Source: Candidatus Velthaea sp.
Lineage (GTDB): Bacteria > Vulcanimicrobiota > Vulcanimicrobiia > Vulcanimicrobiales > Vulcanimicrobiaceae
Length of the DNA: 64,000 bases
Direction of reading: 5' to 3'
Assembly: GCA_050012475.1 (NCBI GenBank)
Contig: JBEKHC010000039.1
Location: 39,328-103,327 of the forward strand
The notes under the pieces are model-generated. The model was not told the DNA's origin, ran no database searches, and saw nothing but the letters and a program-made list of their open reading frames with translations. A program made the translations under genes and the position numbers. Below, piece by piece: positions 17,946 to 28,543 of the stretch (positions are counted from its first letter, which is position 1; each line of letters starts with the position of its first letter).

Positions 17946-18779
17946 GTGTTCGTGTCCCGCCGCCGCCGTCGAGCCGGTTCGCACCTGGCAGCGCTGCTCG
18001 CAATCTTCATGAGCCTGGCTACGAGTTCGGCTGTCCTCGCCGATCAAACCATCAAAGTCGGCGTGACTCCGGGGCCGCACGAAGAGATTCTCGATGAAGT
18101 CTCCCGTCTGGGCGCAAAACAAGGGCTGTCGATTCAGGTCATTCCGATCAGCGATTATGCGGTCCCGAATGCCGCGCTCGATGCCGGCGATCTCGACGCG
18201 AACAGCTTCCAGAATCCGCCGTTTCTGGCAAAGCAAATCGCTGACCGTCACTTCAACATCGTTGCCGTGGGCAAGACGATTTTCTTACCGATGGGAATTT
18301 ATTCGAAGAAGATTCGTACACTCGGCGCACTGACAGACGGCGCAGTCGTGGCAATCCCCAACGATCCGACCAACGGCGCGCGCGCCCTGCTCTTATTGCA
18401 AAGCGCAAAACTCATCCGGCTCAAAGACGGGGGCAACCGGCTTTCGTCTCCGCAGGACATTGTCGACAATCCCAAACACCTGACGATTCGCGAGCTCAAC
18501 GCGGCCCAAACACCGCGCTCCCTCGACGATCTCGACGCCGCCGCCATCAATGGCAACTATGCCGCAACGGCCGGACTGGCGCCGAGCCGGGACGCGCTTT
18601 TTTCCGAAGGCGGCGGCGTCGGCGAAGCACTCCAATCGGTGTACAGCAACATCATCGCCGTGCGCACCGTCGACCAAGGGAAGCCGTGGGTGGCGCAACT
18701 GGTCGCCGTCTACCATTCGAGCGCGATCCGGGGCTTCATCATCCGCCATTTCGGCGGCACGATCTATCCGGCATTTTGA
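17946..18779 (+). CDS. metQ: MetQ/NlpA-family substrate-binding protein
   Basis: IKVGVTPGPH, DANSFQ, PNDPTNGARAL; AAGGAG RBS. Confidence 0.9.
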   Translation: MFVSRRRRRAGSHLAALLAIFMSLATSSAVLADQTIKVGVTPGPHEEILDEVSRLGAKQGLSIQVIPISDYAVPNAALDAGDLDANSFQNPPFLAKQIADRHFNIVAVGKTIFLPMGIYSKKIRTLGALTDGAVVAIPNDPTNGARALLLLQSAKLIRLKDGGNRLSSPQDIVDNPKHLTIRELNAAQTPRSLDDLDAAAINGNYAATAGLAPSRDALFSEGGGVGEALQSVYSNIIAVRTVDQGKPWVAQLVAVYHSSAIRGFIIRHFGGTIYPAF

Positions 18780-18830
18780 TCCGGATCAGCCCGTTTTCAA
18801 TCGAAGCTCGAACGATCGTTCCTTTCGAGC

Positions 18831-19148
18831 TTACGCTGTTTCGGCAAGGCGTTGGCGAGCTTGCGCGGCGGAAACGTCGGGGTCGTCTTGCGTGCTGACG
18901 GGCGTTTGCTCACGATCGAGCCGAACGTCGGGAGAACCGTACGGAGTTGAGCGAACGGTCACGACGGCGTGATCAGCGCTTAACCAACGCAGGAGCAGCC
19001 CCCGGCCGTCAACCGTTCCAACCATCTCGAGGAGTGTCGTTCCGTCTTGGAACGCATCGAAACGGAGGGTTGATTGTCCTGCGTCCGGCTTGAGCGCGAT
19101 CCAGAATCTTCGAGTCCAGCTTCTATATTCCATCATGATCTTTCCCAT
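18831..19148 (-). CDS. Hypothetical protein
   Basis: Open frame only; no recognised motif. Confidence 0.35.
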   Translation of the reverse strand: MGKIMMEYRSWTRRFWIALKPDAGQSTLRFDAFQDGTTLLEMVGTVDGRGLLLRWLSADHAVVTVRSTPYGSPDVRLDREQTPVSTQDDPDVSAAQARQRLAETA

Positions 19149-19268
19149 GAGCGCGCCGCCTCTGCTGCCTGCGCTGCCAACGCGCTTTCAAGCAACGCCG
19201 ACGGAACACCAATGTATGCGGCACTGACTGCTGCGGGCCATCAGCTACCTGGTGCATCATGGAACCGC

Positions 19269-19757
19269 CTATTCGTTCGTGACCGGCACGGGATGGGCTG
19301 ATTTCTTCCGCTGTTTGAGGCCGTTGAACGTCACTTCCGCTGACGCATCTTCAACGTGTTCGACGGTTGAAACGCCTTCGAGCGACGGTTCCACGCGCGC
19401 ATCTTTGACTTGGTCGACCGTCGAAACAGTCGCCTTGAGAGAATCGCGACAAGTCTCGATAACCGCATCCTGCAGTTTACCGACCTGAACAGCAAACTTT
19501 TCAGAGAAATCAGCCGTGATTTGAACGCGCGAGCAGAACTCGCCGGCGGTCAGGTTCGCGAGCTCACTAGCGCGCTCGATGTTTTCGCCTATGGCCGATG
19601 TCACTCCCGGCGACGAGTAGGGCCGCGAGGCGATCTCCCAGACCGACGTCCAATAGCCCAGCCTGCTCCGCGCGGCGGAGTCGAGCGTGTCGACGATCAG
19701 GGTGTAGACCCGATTGGAAAGGGCGACGTATTTCGCCGTGCTGCCTTGAGTATTCAA
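19269..19757 (-). CDS. Hypothetical helical protein
   Basis: AGGAA RBS, TTG start, amphipathic helical composition; divergent from the Crp gene. Confidence 0.55.
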   Translation of the reverse strand: MNTQGSTAKYVALSNRVYTLIVDTLDSAARSRLGYWTSVWEIASRPYSSPGVTSAIGENIERASELANLTAGEFCSRVQITADFSEKFAVQVGKLQDAVIETCRDSLKATVSTVDQVKDARVEPSLEGVSTVEHVEDASAEVTFNGLKQRKKSAHPVPVTNE

Positions 19758-20107
19758 TTCAATTCAGTTCCTGTTTGACAATAATTGTGAACAGAGATTT
19801 GCTCGTCAACCGCGGGAGCGCTTTGCAGCGACAAATGCCGTTTTGGGCAGCGATCGGCAACGGCACATCTCCGACCGGGCTATCCTATAGCTGTCGAGGC
19901 GGCGAAATCGGTTCGTTGTCGGACGAAACCGGCCTGACTTTTATCGAACCAATAATCCGCTTCGCGGGCTCCGACAAAAGGTGAAGAGCATCAGGCCGAG
20001 AAGGACTTCCTGCTGAAATGTCAGCCGTTGCTCGCTGACCTTCGCGGATAGGCTCCCTCATAGACCGGGCTGTCCGCGACTACAATCTCTCATTTTTCCG
20101 GTTTTCT

Positions 20108-20914
20108 ATGCGCCGGTGGTCAGGTACTCAGGCTATGCTGGCATCAGCAGCGGTCAATGCGGGCCTTTCAGGAAACCTTTTTCTCGACCATTTGGCGCCT
20201 GAATCTGCCAAAGTTTTGCTCCCCAGACTTATGCGCGTCAACGCCGCGAGCGGGAAGACGATCTCCGATCCGGGCATGCCGCTCAAGCACGTCATGTTTC
20301 CCATCAACAGCATCATCTCGGCGGTAACCCGCATGCAGGATGGGACAGACGTCGAAGTGACGATCATCGGCCGCGAAGGACTGTACGGCTTTCAGCTTGC
20401 TCTCGGCCATGATACGAGCGCAACGGCAGCAATGGTGCAAATCCCCGGCTCAATGTTGCGGATCACGGGCGACGACTTCCGTACTTGTTTGCGGGCCGAC
20501 CCGCAGTTGAGTCAACGCGTCCTAAACTACGCAATGGTGAACCTCGAGACCATCGCACAATTTTCCGGTTGTAATCGGCTGCATCCCATCAACGAACGCC
20601 TAGCGCGCTGGCTGCTCATGGCTCACGATCGCGTTGTCGGTGACGAGCTGATGCTCACGCACGATTTCCTTGCAACGATGCTGGGAGTTCGTCGGCCGGC
20701 CGTGAGTCTCGCTGCGGCTGCTTTGGATCAAGCGGGCGTGATCCAGTACCGTTATGGGCGGATTTCGATCATCAATCGCGGCGGGCTCGAGCTCGCTGCC
20801 TGTGAATGCTATCTGGTTGCCAACAACGCAATCGAGTGTCTCCTCGGCTACACCATTCGCAAAGGCACACAGAACGGTGAAGCGGAGAAGCCCAACCTTC
20901 ACGCCGTCATTTGA
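20108..20914 (+). CDS. Crp/Fnr-family transcriptional regulator
   Basis: IIGREG, ERLARWLL, LTHDFLATMLGVRRPAVS HTH, ACECY. Confidence 0.9.
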   Translation: MRRWSGTQAMLASAAVNAGLSGNLFLDHLAPESAKVLLPRLMRVNAASGKTISDPGMPLKHVMFPINSIISAVTRMQDGTDVEVTIIGREGLYGFQLALGHDTSATAAMVQIPGSMLRITGDDFRTCLRADPQLSQRVLNYAMVNLETIAQFSGCNRLHPINERLARWLLMAHDRVVGDELMLTHDFLATMLGVRRPAVSLAAAALDQAGVIQYRYGRISIINRGGLELAACECYLVANNAIECLLGYTIRKGTQNGEAEKPNLHAVI

Positions 20915-21011
20915 AATGCTGCCGGCGATCTGCGCGGGATCGCGCCGCGGTCCAAGACGGTCCTGCCCGTTGACGGACGTTCACTTGCCGCGGCGCTGCA
21001 GGCCGATTAGC

Positions 21012-21704
21012 TCAGGCGGGCACCTCGAAGCTGCCGGGACTGCGCTGCGAACCGCTCCAGTCGGGCGTGCGTTCGCGTTTCGCCTCCGAGAGCGCACGCC
21101 GCACGCCGGCCGCGTCGAAATCTTTGGTGTAAACGGGGCTGCCCGGTTGTTGACGCCAGGATTCGTCGAGTCCACCAGCGTCGACCGGGTCGAAGCCAAG
21201 CTGATCGACCAGTTCGAGCACGACCTTTTTCGCAGCGACGTCGTCGCCGGCGACCGGCAACGCGACGCGGTCGGGGGCGCCGGCGGGCTTGCCGTTTTCA
21301 AGCAGATGCTGCGCGTAGATATTATTGAATGCCTTGATCACTGGATGTCCCAGCTGCCGCTCGACCCACCGGCTCTCGGGCAAACCGGACTCGATTGGTT
21401 CGATTCGTCCATCACGCTGGCGCGGATAGTAGTTGCCCGTGTCGACGACGACGCTCGCAGCCGCCCCCGCGAATAGGCCCGCGGGCAATTTGGGGATGTC
21501 CTTCTCGGGGATGGTAACGACAACGAGGTCCTTGCCGCGCGCCGCCTCAGCCACCGATACCGCCGTGGCGCCGGTTTCGGCCGCCAGGGCGGCGAGGCTT
21601 TCGGGACCGCGCGAGTTGGCCACCACAACGGTGTGTCCGAGCGCCCGCAGCCGGCGGGTGAGTGTCCCGCCGATGTTGCCGGCGCCGATGATTCCGATGT
21701 TCAT
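21012..21704 (-). CDS. NADP oxidoreductase (F420-dependent NADP reductase family)
   Basis: IGIIGAGNIGG Rossmann motif, ANSRGP, DTGNYYP, KAFNNI. Confidence 0.88.
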   Translation of the reverse strand: MNIGIIGAGNIGGTLTRRLRALGHTVVVANSRGPESLAALAAETGATAVSVAEAARGKDLVVVTIPEKDIPKLPAGLFAGAAASVVVDTGNYYPRQRDGRIEPIESGLPESRWVERQLGHPVIKAFNNIYAQHLLENGKPAGAPDRVALPVAGDDVAAKKVVLELVDQLGFDPVDAGGLDESWRQQPGSPVYTKDFDAAGVRRALSEAKRERTPDWSGSQRSPGSFEVPA

Positions 21705-22672
21705 GCGTGCTCCTTTTGGTTGTATGCGTCAACTCGTGGCTACCCGTGACGAGACCCGGCTCCGCACCGGCGATAACGCAGCTCGGCTGCCGGCCGCAAC
21801 TCGACCGTGAGTTGATCGTAGCAGCCGAGTGTGCCAGCTGGCCCCCGCTGAAACCCGCAGGGACGTGCAATATGCAAGAAAAGTTCAGTCGTCTCGAATG
21901 CGCACGCAACGATGCCGGTCCCGCCGACGGTCGATCTGACCGTAGTGCAAGTCGTGCTACTGTATCAATGCGCTTATCGGTTCGACCGCGCCGGCGGCGC
22001 CGACGCTTCCGAAGCGCGTGAAGCCGATCGGTCGGGCTCGAGTGGTAAAGCGAGGGTGCCGGTCGTTGTCCGCGAGTAACAAGGTTTATCCGTCGGTCTC
22101 CTCGGATCGCTCCGGAACTCGTGCGCTGTGTCAATTGAGCTCACGAGTTGGGGGCGACACGCGCCGCGCCGGTGGTTGGTTGCATCACCCCGGCGCGGCC
22201 CACGATTGCTCAGCGCGAGCGCCGCGAACTTTCGGACATTGGCTCCGGATCTTCAAGTGCCCGCTCTAGCGCCGGTACGGTTCCCGCGTCGCCGATCTCG
22301 CCGAGAGCGAAAGCGGCTTCCTTCCGGAGAATGCAATTACGTGGTACACGTGGGCGCATCTGCTCACAGTAAATGACACGTTACTCGAATCATGTGATCA
22401 GCGCTCGACGTCGAAGGCGTCTGATCACAATTGGTGACACCAGCCTTCATCGCGCGGAGATTACAAGCGACCGAGGGCCAGGGGGTCGCCAGCCGCTTTC
22501 GATTTTCATCGCGAACGCGACCCGCGGTTTTCGGTGGAGGAGTCGATCGCTGCGCTAATGGGAGTGGAGCGCGCGAGAAACGCGTTCGTCGCCGCCTAAG
22601 CTGACAGCTCGCCGACCGATGCGCGTGCCGCCTGTCAGGCCGGCCGTAACGGTCAAAAAAAGCCGCACCGAA

Positions 22673-22688
22673 TGTGATCCGAATCACA
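22673..22688. promoter_or_regulatory. CRP-type box TGTGA-N6-TCACA
   Basis: TGTGATCCGAATCACA matches the consensus exactly; upstream of the GGDEF-EAL gene. Confidence 0.6.
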
Positions 22689-22707
22689 ATCACCGACAGC
22701 GCGGTGG

Positions 22708-24780
22708 TTGGGCCGGACTGCAACCCGATACCCAAGATATGACGGATGTGCCCCGGACTCAGCCCATCCATTCTTTTGCCTAAGGAGCCGCTTCTACATG
22801 GGCGCCGGCACGGCTCGCACGCTCGTCCGTCGTGATCTTCGGCTCGCAACGCAACTGATCGCGTATGCGGCGGCCGGCTGCATCGTGCTCACCGTCGCCT
22901 TATGCGCGGTCATTGGCACCAGCGTCCGCAACTCCACGCTTGCACAACTTGAAGCGCGGACGACCGCGATCGGAAGTGTCCTCCACGCATCCATCGCGCA
23001 AATCGGGCCCGCGAGCGTCGACCGGGGAATTCTGCGTTTCGGAAGCTGGGTCGCAAATAATCGCAACGCCCTCCTCGATGACGTTCACTCGCACTTCGGC
23101 GTAAATGCCTCGATCTATGCGGTCGTGAACGGGCGGCCCATTCGGGTCGCCACCTCGAACAAAAAGGGGGATGGAACACGGGCGATTGGCGTCGAGTTGA
23201 CTGGAGCGGCGCGCGCGGCGCTTGACCGAGGTGTCGGCTATGACGGCCTCACGACGACGCCCGAAGGCAGCCGGCACATCAGCCACTTCGAGCTCGTTCG
23301 CGACGCGCGCGGCCGCACGATCGGTCTCGTCGGCGTCGGCTCCTCACTCGACGGTATCGGTGCTGCAGAGTGGGCCGCAGTGCTCCCATGTCTTATCGCC
23401 CTCGCGGCCGCGAGTGCGCTGACGATGATATGCATCGTCCTCATCGTCCACCCGATCGGCTTGCACTCCGCCCTGCACGATCAGCTGACCGGACTCCCCA
23501 ATCGTTTGAACTTCGTCCAACGCGTAGAGCGTGCACTCGCCCGCACTCATCAGCCCGGCGCCAGACCGGCAGCAATCCTCTTGCTGGATTGCGACCGCTT
23601 CAATGTCGTCAACGATGCCTTCGGCCACGCCGCGGGCGACGCGCTCATCGTTATGCTCGCCCGACGGCTGGAGCGCGGAATGCGCGGCCAGACGTTGGCC
23701 AGGCTAGGCGGCGACGAGTTCGCGATCCTGCTCGAGGGGGTCGACGACGAGCACGAAGCCGTCGCGTTCGCCGATCGCATTCTTACGAGCCTGTCCGAGA
23801 TGTTCTCGCTCCAGGGCACGGAGCTGAATCTCAGCGCGAGCATCGGCATCACGCTGAGCTCGATCGGCTATGAGACTCCTGACGATATGCTTCGCGACGC
23901 CGACATCGCGATGTTCCGCGCCAAGTCGCGCGGCCGCCATCGCCACGAAGTCTTCCATACCGGACTGCGGGATCAGATCACCCACGTGCTCCAACTCGAA
24001 ATGGCGCTTCGGCACGCCATCGACCGTGACGAGCTGACGTTGTGCTTTCAGCCCATCGTGGCGCTCGAGGCCCAACGCATCACCGGGTTTGAAGCTCTTC
24101 TGCGCTGGCATAGCTCCGAGTTCGGCGCCGTTTCGCCGGCCGAGTTCGTGCCGGTTGCGGAAGACAGCGGCCTGATTTTGAAGATCGGCGACTGGGTCAT
24201 GCGCGAAGCTTGCAGGCAAATGCGGCGGTGGCAAACCGCCGTTCCGGAATACGACCGGCTGACGGTCTCCGTCAACGCTTCGATGGTACAACTTCGCGAG
24301 GTCGACTTTATTGAGCGCGTCGACAGCGCGCTGCAGGAAAGCGGACTCGACCCCGGCTCGCTGCACGTTGAGATCACCGAGACGCTCCTTATGGACGATC
24401 TCCCGACATTCAAGGCGGTTCTCGAACAGCTCCACGAGCGCGGAGTCAAGATCCACGTCGATGACTTCGGAACCGGATACTCGTCGCTGGCGTATCTCGG
24501 CCAACTCTCGGTCGACGCCCTCAAGATTGATAAGTCGTTCGTCAGCGGATCGGGCTACGGGCTGACGAATCCCGAGATCATCGAGACGATCGTCACCCTG
24601 GCGCGGCAGCTCGGCGTGACCGTCATCGCCGAAGGCATCGAGACGCCCGAGCAAGAGCGAGAACTTCGCGCGCTCGGATGCGCCGACGGGCAAGGCTTTC
24701 TGTTCTCGCGAGCCCTTGAGGTGGATCAGATGGGACCCTACTTGGCGGAGTGGGACGCGAACAACGCAGCCCCGCTGTGA
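22708..24780 (+). CDS. Membrane Cache-sensor diguanylate cyclase/phosphodiesterase (GGDEF-EAL)
   Basis: Two TM segments around a Cache-like domain; HDQLTGLPNR, RLGGDEF, FEALLRW, DDFGTGYSSL; start may be ATG 22798. Confidence 0.9.
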   Translation: MGRTATRYPRYDGCAPDSAHPFFCLRSRFYMGAGTARTLVRRDLRLATQLIAYAAAGCIVLTVALCAVIGTSVRNSTLAQLEARTTAIGSVLHASIAQIGPASVDRGILRFGSWVANNRNALLDDVHSHFGVNASIYAVVNGRPIRVATSNKKGDGTRAIGVELTGAARAALDRGVGYDGLTTTPEGSRHISHFELVRDARGRTIGLVGVGSSLDGIGAAEWAAVLPCLIALAAASALTMICIVLIVHPIGLHSALHDQLTGLPNRLNFVQRVERALARTHQPGARPAAILLLDCDRFNVVNDAFGHAAGDALIVMLARRLERGMRGQTLARLGGDEFAILLEGVDDEHEAVAFADRILTSLSEMFSLQGTELNLSASIGITLSSIGYETPDDMLRDADIAMFRAKSRGRHRHEVFHTGLRDQITHVLQLEMALRHAIDRDELTLCFQPIVALEAQRITGFEALLRWHSSEFGAVSPAEFVPVAEDSGLILKIGDWVMREACRQMRRWQTAVPEYDRLTVSVNASMVQLREVDFIERVDSALQESGLDPGSLHVEITETLLMDDLPTFKAVLEQLHERGVKIHVDDFGTGYSSLAYLGQLSVDALKIDKSFVSGSGYGLTNPEIIETIVTLARQLGVTVIAEGIETPEQERELRALGCADGQGFLFSRALEVDQMGPYLAEWDANNAAPL

Positions 24781-24939
24781 GATCGCGCAGACGATGCAAC
24801 CCACCAAAGGAAGTCGCGAAAACGGCTGGATGAAGATGCGGACGCCGGCGTCGGTCGTTTCGCTCTTAGGCGGCAACGCCAGCAGGAAGCGTATCTTGGC
24901 GGGGCGCACGACGAATGACACACCGGCTACACATCCGTC

Positions 24940-26112
24940 TTAGAAGGTGTTCGTGTCGATCTTGAAATCCGCTAGGACGTCGATCGTTCCGTTATGCTGC
25001 GCGTTGGGCTTGACGTACGGCGAGCCCGATGCGACGGCCCATTGGTCGCGCGCACGCAGCGACAGCGAAAACACCCGATTGAAGCGTTTCGTTAGGAGAT
25101 AGGTTTGCGACGTCGTCCAGCGATACGGGAAAGGTGCATTCTCGTAGAAATTCAACGCCCCCCAACGATCTTGCCCAACGAGCGATACGCCGTGTTTCTT
25201 GTCGATGGGAATCGTGAGTTGGACGTACTGATCGGTTTCCCAGACCCGATTCTGCGCGGGATTCTCGTCGATGAACCCGGTCGTGTTTCCTTTGGGGCAG
25301 GTCGCAGCCACGCCGTCGAGGGCCTTGAGTAAGCATCCGACGTGGTGATCGATGGCTTGCGTGTCGGCATTGATGTTGAGGGTGATGAAACTGTTGAGCA
25401 GCCACGGAATGCCGCCGGTGACATACGTCACCCCCGCATAGCCGATATGCGCTTCGCGGGAAGCGATCGTGGGCAGCAACGGATTATTGCTGGTTTGCGA
25501 TCCGCCCGCGATGCGGTGACGGAAATACAGGCCTTCCTCGAACTGCACGTGCGAGAATTGCTCGTCGATCCGGGTGACGAGAACCACGTCACGCGAGTAG
25601 ACGTTGTAGACGTACGCGTGCTCCGCGTTCGTCACTCGCGCGTCGGGAACGTTGAGCGTTCCTTCCACGACCCGGTCGAACGAAGCCGACAGGTTCGGGG
25701 TGATGGGGAGTTTGAACGTGCCGCCGACGTCGATCGGATCGTATCCAACCCCGGCGTTCTTGAGCGGATTGACCACCGGCTGACCGGTCTTGGTGATCGG
25801 TCCCACGGTATAAAATTGCGGATCGGTGAAGACCGGGATGATATCGATGATCGGCAAGTGGCCGAACTTGCGGGCGACGTTTTGGGGAGCGCTTCTCGGC
25901 GGCGCCGCCGCCGGGCCGGGCTGTTGGGGTTCCGGAGTGGGCGCAGCGGTTGAAGCAGCATCGGGGGCAGGGCTCGCCGCAGGCGAGGCTTGCGCAACGG
26001 GCTGCGCCGTCGCATTCGCAGATGCAGCAGAAACGCCGAGCAGCACGGCGAGAATCGCAATTAGGGCGAACGGAAAGCGCGTAGTCCGCGGCGCGTCAGA
26101 AAACCGGGTCAC
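24940..26112 (-). CDS. Secreted hypothetical protein, possibly an outer-membrane beta-barrel
   Basis: Signal peptide, Pro/Ala linker, beta-strand-rich body, terminal Phe. Confidence 0.65.
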   Translation of the reverse strand: MTRFSDAPRTTRFPFALIAILAVLLGVSAASANATAQPVAQASPAASPAPDAASTAAPTPEPQQPGPAAAPPRSAPQNVARKFGHLPIIDIIPVFTDPQFYTVGPITKTGQPVVNPLKNAGVGYDPIDVGGTFKLPITPNLSASFDRVVEGTLNVPDARVTNAEHAYVYNVYSRDVVLVTRIDEQFSHVQFEEGLYFRHRIAGGSQTSNNPLLPTIASREAHIGYAGVTYVTGGIPWLLNSFITLNINADTQAIDHHVGCLLKALDGVAATCPKGNTTGFIDENPAQNRVWETDQYVQLTIPIDKKHGVSLVGQDRWGALNFYENAPFPYRWTTSQTYLLTKRFNRVFSLSLRARDQWAVASGSPYVKPNAQHNGTIDVLADFKIDTNTF

Positions 26113-26501
26113 AGGGCTCCTATCAAGTGAGAATGATGCTTCAAGTTTAAGCGAGACAACAGAGCAGACCGAAAAGACTTAAGTCGGACCGTAAACGAAG
26201 CGACGGGCATCGTTGGTGACGGACTGTTTGCACGCAGCGACCGGTTGTTCTGCAGATCAAGTCGAACGCAAAGTCGCGGTAAGCAGTTAAACAGTCGATG
26301 ACGCGAAGCGACGAGAGCTACGATCCTTCACAGAATAGAGGTCCAGATTTCGCACGCGGCTCATCCGCGCCTCCGTTCCAAACGGAAGCACCAGACGACA
26401 ACCGCGAGCAGCACCTTACGTCATCGAAAACGACTCTGCGTGCTTCGAACCTGCGATCTTTCAATCAACGCCTGCAAAGTGTCGATCGCTTGAAGAACAT
26501 G

Positions 26502-26573
26502 AGGCCACGGCGAGAATCGAACCCGCTCATTGCGGTTTTGCGGACCGCCGCCTTCCCACTTGGCTACGTGGCC
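26502..26573 (-). tRNA. tRNA-Cys (GCA), atypical C at position 33
   Basis: Acceptor GGCCACG/CGTGGCC, U73 discriminator, D arm GCC..GGC, anticodon stem GCGGT/ACCGC with loop CCGCAAA, T loop TTCGATT; CCA not encoded. Confidence 0.88.
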
Positions 26574-26688
26574 GCGCGGACGGTCGTCGTCCGTCGTGTC
26601 GGCTTGGTTGCGTTCGAACTCGAGCATATCGATTTGCCAGGCCATCAGCCGTATTTTCGAGGTCATATCCATCGTTCTGCCGTTGCCC

Positions 26689-27552
26689 TCAAATCGGCCG
26701 GTCGCCGAGAATAGTCGCACGCCGCATGCGCCGATGTGCCGGATAGTAATCGGCGATGGCGTAGTGCTGCGTCCAGCGGTTGTCCCAGAACGCGACTGCG
26801 TTCGGCGTCCACTTCCAGCGAACTTGGAATTCCGGCTGAGCGACGTGCGCGGTGAAGAAGTTGAGCAATGCCGTGCTCTCGCGGGCACTGACACCCAGGA
26901 TGTGCGAGGTGAAGTTCGCATTCACGAAGAGGGCCTTGCGCCCGTTGGCCGGATTCGTGCGCACGAGCGGGTGGACGACGGGCGGATTGTCGGCATACAC
27001 CTTGTCGACGCGATCGGCGATGCCGTACTCGGCAAAACGCTCGGGCCGAAAGGCGCGCGAAAAATCGTGTACGGCTTGCAGTTCGGCCGCCACTTTCTTG
27101 AGCGGCTCGGACAACGCTTCGTAGGCCAAGTATGTGTTGGCCCACAGGGTGTCGCCGCCGATCTCCGGGATGATGTCGGCATACAAGACCGACGCTTTCG
27201 GCGGCGTTTGGATGTACGTCACGTCGCTGTGCCAAACGTCGTTGTGTCCTCTGCGATCGGCATCGTATTCGAGGAGCATGATCTCGGGCAATCCGGCCTG
27301 CCCCGGATACAGCGGATGAACGTACAGTTCACCGAAGCGGCCGGCGAAATCGCGTTGCTGCTCGGGCGTCCAGTTTTGGTGCTCGAAAAATAGTACCAGA
27401 TGCTCGTCGAGCGCCGCTCGAATCGCAGCGATCGTCGCGGCGTCGAGGTCTTGCGCGAGGTCGACGTGTTCGACGACCGCACCAAGCGCGGGAGTCAGGC
27501 GGCGCAGCGAAAACGCCGCAGTGTCGGCGCGCGGACTTTCCACTGTAGTCAT
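26689..27552 (-). CDS. tauD: Taurine/sulfonate 2-oxoglutarate dioxygenase
   Basis: WHSDVTY, GGDTLW, VHPLVRTNP, WDNRWTQHYA, MRRAT. Confidence 0.93.
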   Translation of the reverse strand: MTTVESPRADTAAFSLRRLTPALGAVVEHVDLAQDLDAATIAAIRAALDEHLVLFFEHQNWTPEQQRDFAGRFGELYVHPLYPGQAGLPEIMLLEYDADRRGHNDVWHSDVTYIQTPPKASVLYADIIPEIGGDTLWANTYLAYEALSEPLKKVAAELQAVHDFSRAFRPERFAEYGIADRVDKVYADNPPVVHPLVRTNPANGRKALFVNANFTSHILGVSARESTALLNFFTAHVAQPEFQVRWKWTPNAVAFWDNRWTQHYAIADYYPAHRRMRRATILGDRPI

Positions 27553-27553
27553 G

Positions 27554-28543
27554 TTATTTACGTACCTCTCGAGTTGCGGTAAGTGAGCTGCCCGGCGTCC
27601 AGACCGCCTGGCCGATCACGATCGGATGGGGAATGAGCCCGAGCTCGCTGAACGTATCCGCGATGGCTTGCTGCTGCCGGACGACTTGCGGAGTGACAAA
27701 GGCGATCTCGTAGTTGCCGCGAGCGGCGACGACTTTCTCCACGTCGACGGGGACGCCCGACGCATCCGCCAGCACGGCGGCAAGCTCGGCTTGATGGTGT
27801 TCCGCCCAATGCCAGGCAGCGGTGGTTTCATCGACGATCGCGGTCACGACCGCAGGGTAGCGCGTTGCGAAACTCCGCGTTGCCAAGAAGAACGCGTTCG
27901 ACGGCGCGACGCCCTGGGCGGTGGTCAGGACATGAACGCCCGGGAAACGCTCGCCCAGGGCATAAAACGGATCCCAGATGGACCACGCATCGACACTGCC
28001 CGAGCGCAGCGCGGCACCGGCATCAGCCGGTTGCAAATACACCGGGGTGACGTCGGACCAGCCGACATTGGCCTTTTTGAGGACTTGCACGAGCACATTG
28101 TGAGCGCTCGAGCCTTTCACGAGCGCGACCTTCTTGCCGCGCAAATCCGCCAGAGAATGAATATTTGCATCGTTGCGCACGAGGATCGCGTTGCTTGCGC
28201 CGGGCTGCGGGATCGATGCCACATACACGAAGTCGACGCCGGACGCCTGCGCGACGATCGGCGGCGTATCGCCGGTGTAGCCGAAATCGATCGCACCGGC
28301 ATTGAGTGCCTCGATCAGCGGCGGCCCGGACTGAAACTGCACCCACCTGACCGTAATATTCTCGCCGGCAAGCCGCTTCTCGAGCGAGCCCCGCTGCTTG
28401 AGGATCAGCAGAGCGCCGATCTTTTGATATCCGATGCGCAATTCACGCGGTGCCTCTGCCGCCCGCGCCGGTGTCGGACCAAAGCCCAGCGATAGCGCTA
28501 GTGCGAACAGCGACGCCACGATCAAACAAGTTCTTCGCTTCAT
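27554..28543 (-). CDS. ssuA: Aliphatic sulfonate ABC substrate-binding protein
   Basis: LRIGYQK, FQSGPPLIEALNAGAIDFG, DAWSIWDPF. Confidence 0.92.
   Translation of the reverse strand: MKRRTCLIVASLFALALSLGFGPTPARAAEAPRELRIGYQKIGALLILKQRGSLEKRLAGENITVRWVQFQSGPPLIEALNAGAIDFGYTGDTPPIVAQASGVDFVYVASIPQPGASNAILVRNDANIHSLADLRGKKVALVKGSSAHNVLVQVLKKANVGWSDVTPVYLQPADAGAALRSGSVDAWSIWDPFYALGERFPGVHVLTTAQGVAPSNAFFLATRSFATRYPAVVTAIVDETTAAWHWAEHHQAELAAVLADASGVPVDVEKVVAARGNYEIAFVTPQVVRQQQAIADTFSELGLIPHPIVIGQAVWTPGSSLTATREVRK

Noticed and set aside
21720..22700. Possible ncRNA or small genes in the 1-kb gap
   Set aside because: No recognisable family or convincing ORF; only the CRP box and one inverted repeat are supportable
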